Assembly (NCBI RefSeq): GCF_036321535.1
Contig: NC_087437.1
Location: 115,632,001 to 115,696,000 of the forward strand
Reading direction: 5' to 3'
Origin: Camelus dromedarius
Taxonomy: Eukaryota
Length of the DNA: 64,000 nucleotides
Below the pieces are notes generated by a model. That model did no database searches and was not told the DNA's origin. It saw only the letters and a program-made list of their open reading frames with translations. Position 1 is the stretch's first letter, and the number at the start of each line of letters is the position of its first letter. Made by a program: the position numbers and the translations under genes. Positions 1 through 14,821 of this stretch are shown piece by piece.

Positions 1-691
1 CTTTCTTTCCCTTTTAAAATAAAACTGTCTTTGCTTTAGTGATATTTCTAGATGTAAATTCTAAATGGCTACATGGAGATGAATTGATCTCAAGACATTC
101 TCAGATTACTTCATTGAAAATAATACATTTCAAGATTTTCTTTTTCTAAGAAGTCTTAGAGCGAGGTGGAGGGGACAGGGTGGAGAGGAAGTGATTAGTC
201 AGGAATAACTCCCAGTTGAATCTCTGTGTGGCATGTTTCTAGGATCTGTCTGTGAGACTAGTATAGTGCTGGTGTCTGAATTTACAGCTACATTGTACTG
301 AGTTTATTTCACCCTTAATTATTTAGGTTAAATACAGTTTAACTGTTAAATTCATGGTAAACCAAGTGCTAGCCATAGCAGGAAAGAATAATAGGGAAAT
401 AAATTGTTCTCAATAATATTTTCTTCTAATAAGGAATAATTTTTGAGATACATCTTGATTACCAGTTAGGATGGAATTAAATGAAAGAGCTTGAATTTTG
501 TGTATTTTGTATTTCACAGATCTAACCACTTCCTTGAAATGTTTAGTTCTTTAAATAACATTCACAGTCTAATGTTGAAATCAGTAAATGAAACTATAAT
601 AACTTTTTTTTGGTTAATATTAGAGTATTATTCTTAATCTAATGTTGACCACAATTTAAAAGAACTTATTTTGGCATTAATACTATTTTGA

Positions 692-868
<177 letters not shown>

Positions 869-2090
869 TAAAAATTCTGTTTCTGTTTTCATGGTTTTTT
901 ATTTTTAACCTCTGACAGTGTAATCTTCAAGTTGTTTTTAGGAAAAGGTGTCTGTTTACCAGCTTAATCATTCAAGTATTAGGTCAGTTTTGATTTTATC
1001 CATTTTTAATTTTTTCAGTTATATAATGGTGAGTGTAGAATTACGAAATAGAAGGTGAGATCTTTCAATCTGCTGATGAAGGAGAACGGTAAATTAGATT
1101 AGAAAACATTAAGTATTTTGGTATAAATTTTACTGATTTTTAAGTATAACAGAAAAAGATGATATTGAAGAATTGAGGGCCGCCCTAAAAACAGTGTGAA
1201 CGTCACTGTAAATTTTGAGGGTATGATTTGGAGTTAAAATAAATGACCAGTAGGTAGGGTTAGTGGATATTTGATCTCAATAATTTAGGGCAAATTAGGA
1301 CTAGAGAACCTAGTTAGAGCTACAGACTAATGTGATTCTTCTAGTCCCCAGGCTTTCAGTCTGTGTTCTTAGAAGATTGTTGAAGGTCAGAGGCAGTGCC
1401 GGGGAGGGGTGGGAGGGCAAGGGAGGGAGAGGCCAGGCTCCCTCACAGTCAGAGGAGCTGGGCTTTCAGTGGGTTTTGAAACTATTCACTTGCGGGGTTC
1501 TGGTTTTTTTGTTTGTTTTTTAAAGAAAAGTTAAAAGTTGCAGATCATGATCAGTCCGCTCATTTACACGTGAGACAAGAAAGACTAATGAAATGTAATG
1601 ACCTGTCCTGAATTATACAGCTGTGAATAAATAGTGTTACGCACCTGTCCCTTCTGCCTTCCTTTTCAGTCACTTCACTGTAGCTAGTGAGCTCCTGTTT
1701 GGCAGTAACTGCCATAGTGTATATTTGTTTTCCTTTTAATAATAAATAATATTACCCTGTAATAGTACCTTTTCCATGGGCTTAATATTAAGATCGCCTG
1801 AAACTTCAGTGGCTTCCACCGCACTCACAGTAATAGCCAAAGTCCTTTGAGCAGCTTGAAGGTCCCTTGCTTCCTCTGCTCCCGTTCCCTCTCTCCCACC
1901 GGTCCCCGCACATGACCTCCTGTCTGGTCTAGCCGCAGGCCCTGCCAGGGCCCTTGCACTCGTCCTGTGCCAGGCCTGAAGTGCGCCTGCTCCCTCACTG
2001 CATTTATAATTTATAAATGAATGAATGAATTGATGAGCAGAAGTAGGATGTACTACAGTAGAAATTACAGGGTTTTTGTTTTTATTTTGA

Positions 2091-2291
<201 letters not shown>

Positions 2292-4304
2292 TAAGCATAC
2301 TTTGTATTTACTTGAAATCTGTGTTATATTTAATTGGTCCCATTGGTAACGTAAGTATATGTATTTTTTATAGTTTGACCTAAAGTATCTGTTACAGACC
2401 AGTGTTTGATTAATCCTCAGGGTTCTCTTTAAGGCTTCATTTTGAAAGCTATATGTCAGTATATATATGTATATACATGTAAATATGTATATATATGTAT
2501 TTTAAAAATGTGCAGTATGTAGTGTATATGTATCCACATGCAATATACTGTATATGTGCAGTCAAATTGTAAACAGTTTTACCTAATAAAACTGAAAAAA
2601 TGAAAAAACCTATATGTCCCTGCCTTTTGAGGCAGCTGATCAAATTGCCCTTCCTTGTTTCAATGGTAGAATCAGTAGATTTGGCCTTTGTGTCTTATAG
2701 TTTGGGTGTATAGTGAAGTCACAGTTCACAGTAGTGCAGCTGTGAACAGTAGAAGTCATAACTGCAGTAAATGGCTTTTTTTTTTTTTTAAGTTGAGAGA
2801 AAAGGATTTTTGACTCAAGCAGTTTGTGACAAGAATATGAACTGACTGGACGGTCCTTTGATAGATTTCAGATTCCCAGCTTGATGACATGGATAGCAGG
2901 AATCTCACATCTCCAAAATCTTTGGAAGTGAGGTTTTTAAAATGTTAGATTTGTTTTAGTAATTTTCAGATACCTAAACTGTGTCAGTTTAAAAGAGTAA
3001 ATAATGACAATTTTACATCTTGATTTACCTCGTTTTATGTATCTGAAAATAATCGTGTGTTTTGTAATCTAGTTTATTTCTAGTATAAGATGGATATAAT
3101 CTATAAATACATGATTGTGTGTGATATATATACCAGACACCCTGTGATTGTAGTTCTGCATTTTTAGCACTTAAGAGGTTGCATTTTCACTGGTTTTTAT
3201 TTTGCCCTTGCATTTTAGCGATGCTGCCACCAGGGGTCATTTCCAGTGAAGTGAAGGTGATGTTGTTTGCTGTACTTCACCTTCAGCTATGGAGTCTTAA
3301 CTTTTAATATCAATTTTTTTTAGAACATTAAAGAGAAAAATGTTATAGCTTTCACAGCTGATTTGTAACTTACTGCATTCTGCCTTATTGTCTGAAGTTT
3401 TAGGCGGTGCAATATCCGGCAGCTAAATTACACCTACTCCACATAAAGAAAGGATGGAAAATACCAAGCAGACATCCTGAGTCCTTTTCCTTTGTCCACA
3501 TAGCTTATCAGTCATGGCCCCTTTCCCCACTGAACCAGAGCACAGCCTGGGACTCATCCTTAGCTTCACCAGCGTTCGAAGTAGCTCCTACCAGTTGATT
3601 TTAATTAGCATGGAGGATATGAGGCCTCTTTAATGTTTTTATCTCTCTGTGATACAGGCTACTGCTTCTTTCTCCAATTTGAAGTTTTTTGCCTACTTCT
3701 GTTATTTTTTCCCTTTTTCTAAATGAAACATTCATCTCATTCCATTTCCCTAATCTCTGCTTTAGAAAAACCACAGTTAACTATGGGCTGTAACCTATCA
3801 TTTCTCCAAAATTGGGCTATAATAATTATTATTTTAAATTATTTTGGGGGGCATTTCAAAAAAGAGTAGATATATCTTTTCACTTCTTAAAATTGAAAGT
3901 ATCTTAACCTACATTTAATATATACTAATTATAGATTTTATGAGATTTTCCTTAGCTGCAATTAGCAACTGACTTAAAATTAATTTTTAAAAGTATAAAA
4001 TAATTATTTCTCTTTAAACAGAAATAAATTTTTAACAACAAAAAAATCAAATCTGTAACCAAATGATTACATTATGACAGATGCACTAGGGGTTCTAACC
4101 ATAAGTATAAATAGAAGTGCATGCACTGTCAGTGGGTGTGTTTGTGTGGTTTATTTCCTTAGTGATTTTATTTTTACTCTTAATTTCTCATTTTATGTTT
4201 CAAGAGCCCATTTTTGCTTCCTAGTAATGAAATTCATATTTACTATGTATTTTTTTCCTTTGGTGGGGAAGGAGGATGAAGAATTAAGACTGCAAATGAT
4301 GCTG

Positions 4305-7300
4305 TTTTATTGAAGTATAATTTATATACAATAAGATTTGCATATTTTAAATGTTCACTTTGTTGAGTTTTAACTTTTATATACAGCAGTGTATCCACTA
4401 CCTAAAAGACTATTTCTACCACCTCTCTTGTGACCCTTTTCTGTCATCCCACACTCTCTCTGATTTCTGTAATTATAAGTTAGTTTTAACTACTCATAAG
4501 TAAAATTCATGTAAACGGAATCTATAATATTTATTATTTTGTTTTGTTCACTTAACAGACATTGTTTTTGAAGATTCATCCATATTGTTGTGTGTCTAAG
4601 AGGTTATTCCTTTTAATTGCATCATAGTATTTCTTTGAATGGAAATACCATAATTTATCTATATTTACCTGTCAGTGGTGGTTTGGGTTGCTTCCATTTT
4701 AGGACTATTATGAATAAGGCTACTGGGAACATTTTTTATAGATCTTTTGTGCACATGTTTTTCTTCTTCTGGGGTCACTACTTAGAAGTAGAGTTACCAG
4801 GTCATTAGGGTATATGTGTGTTTACTTTCACAAGAAAATGCCAAATTGTCCCACAAAGTCTTATCATCTTATCGCCCCTACATGTGAGTGCTCAGTTGTA
4901 TTACATCCTCACCATTTGATATGTTTTTTTTTTATTTTAGCCGTTCTAATGGGTATATATCAGTTTTCATTTGCATTGCTTCGCAACTAATAATGCTGAC
5001 ACTTTTTCTTGTGCTCATTAGCCATTCATATATCTTCTTTTGTGACAGTCTGTCCAGTCTTTTGCCTGTGTGTTATAGGAATGTTTAATTATTGAGTTGT
5101 AGGAGTTTTGTTTTTTTTTTAACATATAACGGATATAAGCCTTTGTCACATATATGTGACAAGTATTTTTTCCTAGACTGTGAGTTGCCCGTTTATTTGC
5201 TTAGTTGTAGTTTTTGATTAACAGAAAATTTTAATGTTGACAAAATAAAATTTGTCAACCCTTTTTTATGAACAATCTTTACCTTCCTCAAGTTGGTGAA
5301 GATACTCTTCTTTGAAGGTTGTTTGTTTTGATTCTAGCTTTTACGGTCAGAGTTCATGGTCTATCTTGAATTAATTTTTGAGTATGGGATGGGGATATAA
5401 GAGTTGAAGTTCATTTTTGTCACATGCTTACCACTAAGTTGTTGATCTGATTTGGCACATTTATCCAAAAGCAATCAATCTTTTGTGTGATGATCTTTAT
5501 TTGGACTCTGCTGTTTCCATTGGTCTGTCTGTCCTTGAACCAGTGCCACATTGCTGATTACTGTAGCTTTGTGGTAGGTCTCTAATTCAAGTGGTATAAG
5601 TCCACCAGCTCTTCTCGTCTGTTTCAAAATTGTTGGGTTTTTCCCCCTCTAGGTCCTTTCTATTTACATAATAAAGTTTAGAATCAGCTTATAAATTTGT
5701 ATATAAAGTCCTGCTGGGAGTTTGATTAGGATTGCACCGAGATTCCATTCAGGAGAATGGACATCTTAACAGTAGTGACTCTTCTAATCTATGAACATGG
5801 TTTATCCATTTATTTAGGTCTTAAATTTCTCTTAGCATTTTGTAGCATTTAGTGCAGAAGTCTGGCACTAAATTTGTTCAATTTATTTCTAAGGTTTTAA
5901 TTTGGGGGGGTATTTTAAGTGTCATTTTTAAAAAACCATTTCTAATTTTTCATTGCTAATATGTAGAAATACAGTAGATTTTTGTATATTGACTTTCTTA
6001 ACACCTTGCCAAATTTACCTATTTGTTCTAGGGGTTTTTTTGTTTGTTTGTTTTTGGGATTCTGCAGACTTTTGTTAAATAATTACATCTTCATGAATGA
6101 ACAGTTTCATTCTCTTAATCTGTATGCCTTTATTTCTTTTTATTTTGTTATACTGACTTAGGATCTCCATATATTGAATAGTAATGATGAGAACAGACAT
6201 TTTTCCTTGTACTAAGCCTTAAAGAAAAGTCATTCAACATCAGTGACATTAGTTGTGTATTTTTCATAGCCCTCTATCAACTTGAAGGAGTGATTTTTTT
6301 ATGTTTAATATTTTGAGAGGTGTTTTTATAATTTGTTTTTTAAAATCATGAATGGGTTTTAAATGGTGTCACATGGCCTTTCATGTATCTGTAGACATGA
6401 TTTGGAAGCTGTTTGTTTGCTTATAATGGAGGTACTGGGGATTGAACCCAGGACTCTGTACGTGCTAAGCATGCACTCTACTACTGGTCATACGATTTTT
6501 TTTCTGTTTTGTGGTGAAATACATTAATTAATTTTTGTAATAATTTCAGCTCATGTTGTGGTAAGCCAGACTTATTCTTGGTATACTATCCTGTTACATG
6601 TTGCTGGGTTCAGTTTGCTAATCTGTTGATAGGAGATTAGTTTCTTTGTAGTTAAGTGGATAGTTGTCTAAAATTTTGTAATATTTTCACTAAATTTTGA
6701 TTTTAGGATTATGCTGTTCTCAAAACTATTGGGAAGTATTCTTTCCTGATTTTTCTGAAAGAATTTGTATAAAATAGGCATTATTTCTTTTGTAAATGTT
6801 TAACGGAGTTAGTGGAACTTATCATGACCTGGAATGTTCTTTATTGATTGTAGTTGACATATTTTGATAAATATATAGCTATTTTTGAGTCAACTTGGGT
6901 AGCTACATATTTCAAGAAACTTGTCCTTCTCATCTAGGTTGTTGGATTTGTTATAAAATTACCTATAATACTTTGTAATTGTCTTTTTAATTTCTGGAGG
7001 ATCTGGTAGTGATAGTCTGTCTTTTATTCCTGATATTGGTCATTTGTGTTTTCTTTCCTTTTTTCTCTGTTAGTCTCGCTTGGGGTTTATCAAATTTGTA
7101 AATTTATTGATCTTTTCAGACTACTGGCTTTTGATTTTTCTCATATTCTTAGTCTAGTTTCTTTCCCATTGATTTTCCCTCTGTTATTTCCTTTTTTCTC
7201 CTTACTTTAGGTTGACTTTGGTTTTTTCAAGCTTCTGAATGTGGAAAAACTTTCTTCTTTTCCTATAGCTTTTAATGGTATAGATTTCCCTCTAAGCACT

Positions 7301-9600
7301 GCTTTAGCTGCATCCTACAGCTTTTGATATGTTACGTTTTAACACTCATTTATTTTGAAATGTTTCGAATTTCTCTTGTGATTTTTTTTATTGACTCATT
7401 ATTTAGAATGTTATGTAATTTCAAAAGTCAAAGGATTTTTAAAGATATCTTATTTTTGCTGATTTCTAATGTAGTAGCATTGTAGTCAGAAAACATGATT
7501 TTTCTCCTTTAAAATCCATTGAGACTTGTTTTATACATAGCGTGTAATCTGTCTTGGTGTGTGTTTCATGAACACTTATATTTGTTTGGTGTAGTGGTCT
7601 ATAAATGTCAATATAGTTCAGGTTGTTTGATATTTTTCTTTACATTCTTACGTTGTGTCTTTGTATATTTGTTCTATCAATAACTGAGAGGAGTGTATAA
7701 TCTTCAGTAATAATTCTGGGTTTGACTTAATCTTATCTTAGTTGCTGTTTGTTTTTTGAAGCTCTCTTAATAGGTATACCCATTTAGTATTATTAGGACT
7801 TAGTGATAAATTCAGTCTTTTATCCCCATGAAGTGTTTCTATCTCTACTGATGGTTTGTCTTTAAGTCTACTCTGTCTGATATTACTAGAGCTGTACCAG
7901 CTTTCTAATTCTTAACATTTTCATAGTATATATTTTCTACCCTTTACTTTAAATGTGTTCATACTTTTATATATAAAGTATGACTTGTCTACAACTTGTA
8001 GTGGAGTCATGCTTTAACCCAATCAGTATCTTTCTTTCACAATGACTATTTGGCCCATTTAATATTTCACAGGTTTGGATTTTAGACTGTTGTCTTATTT
8101 GTGTTCTGTTTTTCTTCTCTGTTCTTTGTTCCCTGTTCCTTCTTTCCTGACTTCTTTTTTGAGTTGAGTACTTTTCATATTTTATTTCATCTTCTCTCAC
8201 TGCCTTTTTAGCTATTCCTCTTTGTGTAATTTTTAATGTTGCTTATTATGTGCATTTTAACTTGTCAGTTGACCTTAACAGGATATCACTTGATAAACCA
8301 TGTAATAATTGTGTGCTGTTATCTGACCCTTCCACACTTATCATTGTGTAGTGCTTGTCATAACCCTCACGACACATCAGCTGCTTAAGTTAAAAAGGAC
8401 TTTTTAAGGAGATTTAAAAAGACATAAAAAATAAAGATAATAAAAAGTTCTTTCTTTTTTACCCATATAGTTAGTTCTTCATTTCTTTCTGCAGTTCCTG
8501 ATTTCCATCTGGTATTATGTTCCTTCAGCCTGAAGAACTTCCTTTAACTTTTTGTGTTACAGTGAACAAGTTCTGTTGATTAATTGTCTCACCAGTTGTT
8601 TGTCTGAAAATACGTTTATTCGCCTTTATTTGGGGGAAGATACTGTCCATAGGTACGGAAATTTCAGTGGATATAGAATTCTAGGTTTACATTTCGGCCA
8701 AAGAAATGATGGTATAACATTGTTTAAAGATGTTAATGGTATTTTTTTCTGTATTACATTATTTCTAAAGAGAAGTCATTGGTTTTTCTAAGCATTGTTC
8801 TCTTTATAAAATATTTCTCTTCCTGGCAGATTTTTCTTTTTTTTTCTTTTTTTTTTAATGTTTGAGTTTTCAGCAATTTGACTATTAGGTCCTTCTGTAT
8901 AGGTTTCTTTACATTTATTTTCCATGGAGTTTGCTAAGTTCGTTAGATCTGTGGGTTGATCTCTTTCATCAGTTTTTTTTTTTAATTAATGCTCAGACAT
9001 TATCTTTTCAAATGTTTGTTCTGTTTCACTCTCTCTTCTAATTCTCCAATTAAATGTATGTTATAGTGCTCAGTATTAGAGGTCTCTGTTCGGTTTACTT
9101 CTTTTGTTTTCCTTTTGTGTGTTTGGTTAATTTTTGTTTGTTTAGTTGTAGGGGGTGTTGGATGATTCTTAGTGCTCTGTCTTCTAGTTCACTATTTTTC
9201 TTCTGCTGAACCCAGTCTGCTGTTAAAAATCATTAAATGAATTCTTCATTTCTGATACTGCATTTTTTAGTTCTGAAATTTTCACATTTTTATTTACCTT
9301 TTTTTTTAAATAGTTTTAATTTTCTCTTCTGAAATTCCCCAACTGTCCACACATGTTATCTGCCTTTTGAAGTAAATTCTTCTCATCATGGTTATTTTTA
9401 AATGCCTTTCTGCCAATTTCAACATTTGGGTCATTTATTTATGTGGGTTTTCTACTATTTTTTTCACTTGATTATGGACCCAGTTTTTGTTTCTCTGTTT
9501 CTTATATCTGTAATTAGTTAAATGTATGCTGGACTTTGTGTCTTTAAGAACAGTTGAGGTGGAAGTGAATCTTGGTTCCCTGTAGAAAGAGGCATGCCTC
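4305..9600 (-). mobile_element. Old, degenerate L1 (L1M-type), about 5 kb, antisense in DYRK1A intron
   Basis: Begins with a typical reversed L1 3' end (ttttattgaagtataattt...) and continues through T-rich ORF2/ORF1-derived sequence (e.g. agatttccctctaagcactgctttagctgcatcc). No intact ORF. Confidence 0.85.
6411..6486 (-). mobile_element. 5'-truncated camelid-type tRNA-derived SINE (Vic-1-like) inside the L1
   Basis: Reverse complement reads cagtagtagagtgcatgcttagcacgtacagagtcctgggttcaatccccagtacctccatt, matching the copies at 32289 and 33719. Confidence 0.85.
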
Positions 9601-10497
9601 TCGCTCTCCAGGCCACGAGTGTGAAGAGACTGAGTCGATTTCTTTTGTAGTTTAGCTGAATCTGGGCTTTGTTTGTTTTGTTTGTTTGACTTAGATTCTA
9701 TTCTCCACTGTTTTCATAGGTTTTAAGCAGTGTTTGTGGAGACTGGAGCGATCTTTTATACATGTTGACCAGCCAGCAGCCCATTCCTAACTTCTTGTGC
9801 TTCAGGGCCATCTGTCCCCAGCCTGCTGCTCCGGCCCCAGCTTTGCAGAGCCCTGGGGGATCCTCTCTGGGTCTCTGCCTGTCCCATTCTTCAGCCTAGC
9901 CACACGTAGCTGTTAGAAGTTGGTTTGGAGTTGGGCTGGATTCTCCATCAGATCTGTGGCATTTGCTCTTCTCCCACCATAAGTCTCTTCTCTCCTAGGA
10001 AAGGCTTTTCATTTTCTAGAATTTAGTTAATTGTGGTTTCTTTAGTCCTCAGCTCTCTGATGGGTTTTTACAAAGCAGTGATTTTGTGGTTTGCCTGCCT
10101 GGCTTGTTCTTGATTTTTAGAGTAAGAGCAATGGTCTCTTACAAATTTCTATATTGTTCTTAGAAACAAAAGTCCACTGATACTATTCTGAATAAATTCA
10201 GTAGTCTTAGGGATTTTAAAGAGTATATTGTTATTTGTTGAGAAATGAGCTTCCAAAAAATCTCAGTGCATGTTAAGACAATTTATTATTAAACATATTT
10301 TCTAAAAGGAGGCATAAATAATTTGCTTTTGATTTATCTGAATAGGAGCAGGGAGAGTTAGACCTGGGATTCTTTATTAGGAGTGATCCCCACAGCTTTA
10401 ATGAGCTGCGGTTACTGAGGAAGTACACCTGAGTTCACAGGTGCATCGGGCAGAAAAGAGGTTCGCCCCCCCTCCCCCCTCCCCCCCCCGGGCTGGG

Positions 10498-10677
10498 GCA
10501 GAGGCTGGCACGCTGCCTTTGCAAAGGACCCCGTTGTAAAGCTTTAGGCTTCATGGGCTTCTGTTACGTATTGTTGCTTGGCTTTGTTTTTCACAGTCTT
10601 TAAAAATGAAAAAAAGTTCATAGCTGAAGCTGTATAAAAACAGAATCTGGGCCGGGATGTAGTTTGCTGATCCCTGG
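10498..10677 (-). mobile_element. MER58-like hAT-Charlie MITE
   Basis: Degenerate terminal inverted repeats cagaggctggcacgct... and ...gtagtttgctgatccctg resemble MER58 ends. Confidence 0.65.
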
Positions 10678-10901
10678 GCTAGATGATCTTTATAGTCATT
10701 TTTGGTCTCAAAATTACTTTGAATTTCTCCGAACTACTGTGCATTCAGAATAGTAATGTGCGAGAATACAGAGGCTTTAACTATAAAGCATTCTTTTTAA
10801 TAACGACCTCAACATATCACATATGTAAACATATTTGATGTTATGTAGGCTTTCACATGTTCCATCAAATTTAAAGGAAGTCTTTTCATCTTTCTTTTTA
10901 G

Positions 10902-11219
<318 letters not shown>

Positions 11220-11607
11220 TGAGATTAATTAGGCTTTGACATGTTTACCCTTTTCTTTACAAAGTAGGGGTTATATTAAAGTGTTTTTAAGGTTTGTTAA
11301 CGGGTAGGGAAGAACTGTTTTTCCTAAATCTGTTCTTTGTGGCTAGTAAAAAAAAAAAGTCGCCTCCCCCAAACCTCCAACACTTAGTTATATGTGTCAG
11401 TAAATGCTGCTTGGGAACAAAACCAACATTTTAAATTGTTTTTAAAATGGAAATACTTGGTCTACATGCTTGAGTTTTCCCGACGTAACCAAACTTGGTT
11501 ACATTTTAGTTCAGTGGTTGATGTGAAAGACCGCAGAGAATTGGATGCCTTTCTGGTATACTTGCATGTTAATAGAAATTGTTTTGGTGACACAGTTCCA
11601 GTTTTAA

Positions 11608-11883
<276 letters not shown>

Positions 11884-11978
11884 TGAATGATTGTGTCATT
11901 TACTCTGCAGGGCCGTACCTTCCTCGTTTATAAGGCATTCTAATTTATTTATGACTGAAGAAGCACATCCTTGTTTAG

Positions 11979-12145
11979 AAATAGCTCACATTTATTGAGC
12001 ACATGCCAGCCATTGCTCCAAGTGTTTTTTCCCTGTGTTTATTCATTTACTGTGGCAGCATTTTGAGCCTCACACAGTGTGGATTTTCATGTTACGTTGG
12101 GAACTGAGAATTCATGGGCTAAGTAACTTCCTGAGGCTCATCTTA
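11979..12145 (-). mobile_element. MIR fragment
   Basis: aatagctcacatttattgagcac...gaactgag...aagtaacttcctgagg matches the reversed MIR core. Confidence 0.7.
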
Positions 12146-12899
12146 ATTACTGCACTCTCTGCCTCCCGTGACCTTTGATCAGAATCTGATTCCGAATTGT
12201 GGTTTGATTCTCACCTCCATGTTGTTTTGTTTCGTTTTTTGTTTTGGAGGTTTTTTGTTTTTTAAATCTGTTGAAGAAGATCTAATTAAGTAAAATTTTT
12301 AAGGGGTGAAGCAGATGGTGGTAGTAAAAATATTCATTAAATACCGTTTGTAAAATAGTAAGTTAATTCATGCTGAGTACTGCATAGTGGTGTTTTATAA
12401 CAAGAGGCCAGTATATTATTTGATGAGTGAAATAAAACTGAAGTTGATGAACACCAGCCCCCGTCCCCGGTGCAGAAATCTGCGTGTGCAGCTGCCTCCT
12501 CACGGTCACCAGCCTTCTTGGGCAAGCTTTCCTGGTTCTCCAGCCATCGTCTCTCTCCCGTTCTCTTTAATAATTGTTTCAAACCCTTCTTCTCTTAGAA
12601 ACCTTTGGTCTTGCCTTCTCTGTTCTCTCTCACTCGTCACTGTGTAAGGAACAGTCTTAGGAAAGGGACTCCTCAACTGTGTGTCACCAGCCTCCGTTTG
12701 TCCCATCCATGTCTCTCCTTGTCTGCAGCCCCTGCTCGTCCCTGGGTCTCCCGTCGGAAGCAAAACCTTTCCCTGGCCTATGTCTTTCTCGCCCCGCATT
12801 TCTGCTTCCCGTGGGTTCTGTCTTGTCCCCCTTACCAACTCCTAAGCTCGCCCCAGCTGGGCTGCCTCCTGGCTCCGGGAGCTGCTCCTGAAGTGTCAC

Positions 12900-13960
12900 C
12901 AGTGGTTGTCATGATGTGCCCAGAGGGCACACGGTCACTTCGGTCTGTTCCTCACTCACATTGACAACACTGGCTTGCCCCTGCTCTTCGAGGCACTCTC
13001 CTCCGTCTTACTTGTCCCCTGTCCCACCCCGCCCCCACTGTCTCCTTTCTGGATTCTCCTCCTCCTCCCGCCCTGTGTCCCTCTCCCTCACCTGACACAC
13101 TTCCTGGTCACCTTACAGCTCTAACCAGTGACATAGCAACCGTCTTGAGGTACATCACTTACATCTTTATTTCTGCCCTACATGTCACTGCTGAGCCTCA
13201 TGCCTTTATTTCTAATCATTTACTGTCAGTATCGCTTTGAAAGGCTCCACAACACGACACTGCAGATGCGACCCATGAACTGCTGCCGTCATTTCCACGT
13301 CCACCGCCGCCCTCCTGCCCTTACCTGTTCTTGGTGCAAATGGCCCTGAACTCACCCTTTTGCTCAGGTCCTACACCCGGCGCCTGGGGAGTTGATCCGG
13401 ACTCCTCTCTCCCTCACGCCTGCAGCGAATCAGAGGGTGGAGAGCATGCGTTCTGAATAGCCTGTGTGTTTTTTTATTCTCCCCACCTCACTTCACCCCC
13501 TTGCGACAACCATTTCTAGTTTATCTGATTAGAAAGACTATTCTGACTAGTCCTCCACCATCCAGTTTCATTCACCAGTCTATCCCGTTCTCTTCTCTGC
13601 AGCCAAGTCAGTGTTCAGTCAAGCAGTCTGATCCATGTCTATCCCCTGCTTTCAGCCAGTTCTTGGCCTTCTCTTGTACTGAAAAGAACTCAGAATCCTT
13701 AGGAAGGTTACCGTTGCTCCGGCGGTCCGGCCCCTCCGCAGGCCGCTCGTCCTCCTCTCTGGTCATACTGGATGCTCTTCACTTTTTGGAATATAAAATG
13801 TGTGTTCTCTCTCACGTTTCTCCCGTTGTCTGCGCTCGGCCTGGAGTGCTCCTTTCCTCTGTCCTTGCCTTGGTAACTACTGAGTATCCTGCAGGTCTTA
13901 AATATCACTGCCAGGCTTTCCCTGATTCTCTAGAACAACCTTCCTTCCTTCTTCCCTTTC
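12900..13960 (+). mobile_element. Degenerate L2 fragments
   Basis: Pyrimidine-rich L2-like motifs such as ttgctcaggtcctacac...gagttgatccggactcctctctccctcac. Confidence 0.55.
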
Positions 13961-14094
13961 TCCCTCTAAATACAGTAAATGCTGCAAACACACAAAAAAC
14001 CATCCTGGGAGTAGCCCAAGCCACCTGCCCCCCCCCCCCCACGTGTAACAGATGTCAGTGTTGTGCCTTATTTGCCTCAGCTCTTTTCTTATTT

Positions 14095-14800
14095 AATTTT
14101 TGAATAGTTGATATTCACATGGTTTAAAAGTAAACATAAAAGAGGATTCAGTGAACAGTCTTCCCTTCTATGTCCTCTAGCCACCCAATTTCTAAATTAA
14201 TGTTGCTAGTTTTATGTATCCTTTTTGAGATATTTTATACATATGCAAGCAAATACAAATATATTCTTCATCTAACCTTTGTACACAAATGGTAGCATAC
14301 CATGCATACTGTTTCACACCTGGTTTTTTATTTTAACATGTTACATATATATTTAAAAAATTTACATGTATGTGTATATGTATCTTTCTGTATCATTACA
14401 TAGAGAGCTTTTTCATTCTTTTTGTTTTTTTGAGTCACAGTATTCCATTGTTTAGATATTCTGTAAGTCATATCAGTAGTCTATAAATGGACATTTAGCT
14501 TATTTCAGTCTTTTTTTACTACCACAAATAATGCCATAATAAATAACCCTATATATAAATCATCCACACATGCAGTTTGTCTGTGATAAAAATTCCTGGA
14601 CATGAAGTTGCTGGATCAAAGAACAGTGTGGTTTGTCATTTTGTTAGCTGTTGCCAGGTTGCTCTCCATGTAGTTTTATCAGTTTAGCTTCCCAGTAACA
14701 GAGTTCGGAGACACAGTCAGTGTGGTCACCTTTGGAGAAGTCTGAAATGAAAAATGGTACTGGACGGAGTATAGTTATATTTTGTTCATTCTTCTTATGC
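14095..14800 (-). mobile_element. Old L1 3' end (L1ME-like)
   Basis: Contains tattccattgttt...atggacatttagcttatttcagt...gaagttgctggatcaaag. Confidence 0.75.
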
Positions 14801-14821
14801 ATGAATTTTGAGTAGCTTCAT

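Noticed and set aside
13501..14103. 200-aa + strand intronic ORF
   Set aside because: It lies in pyrimidine-rich, degenerate L2 sequence, starts at TTG, and has no recognisable domain.
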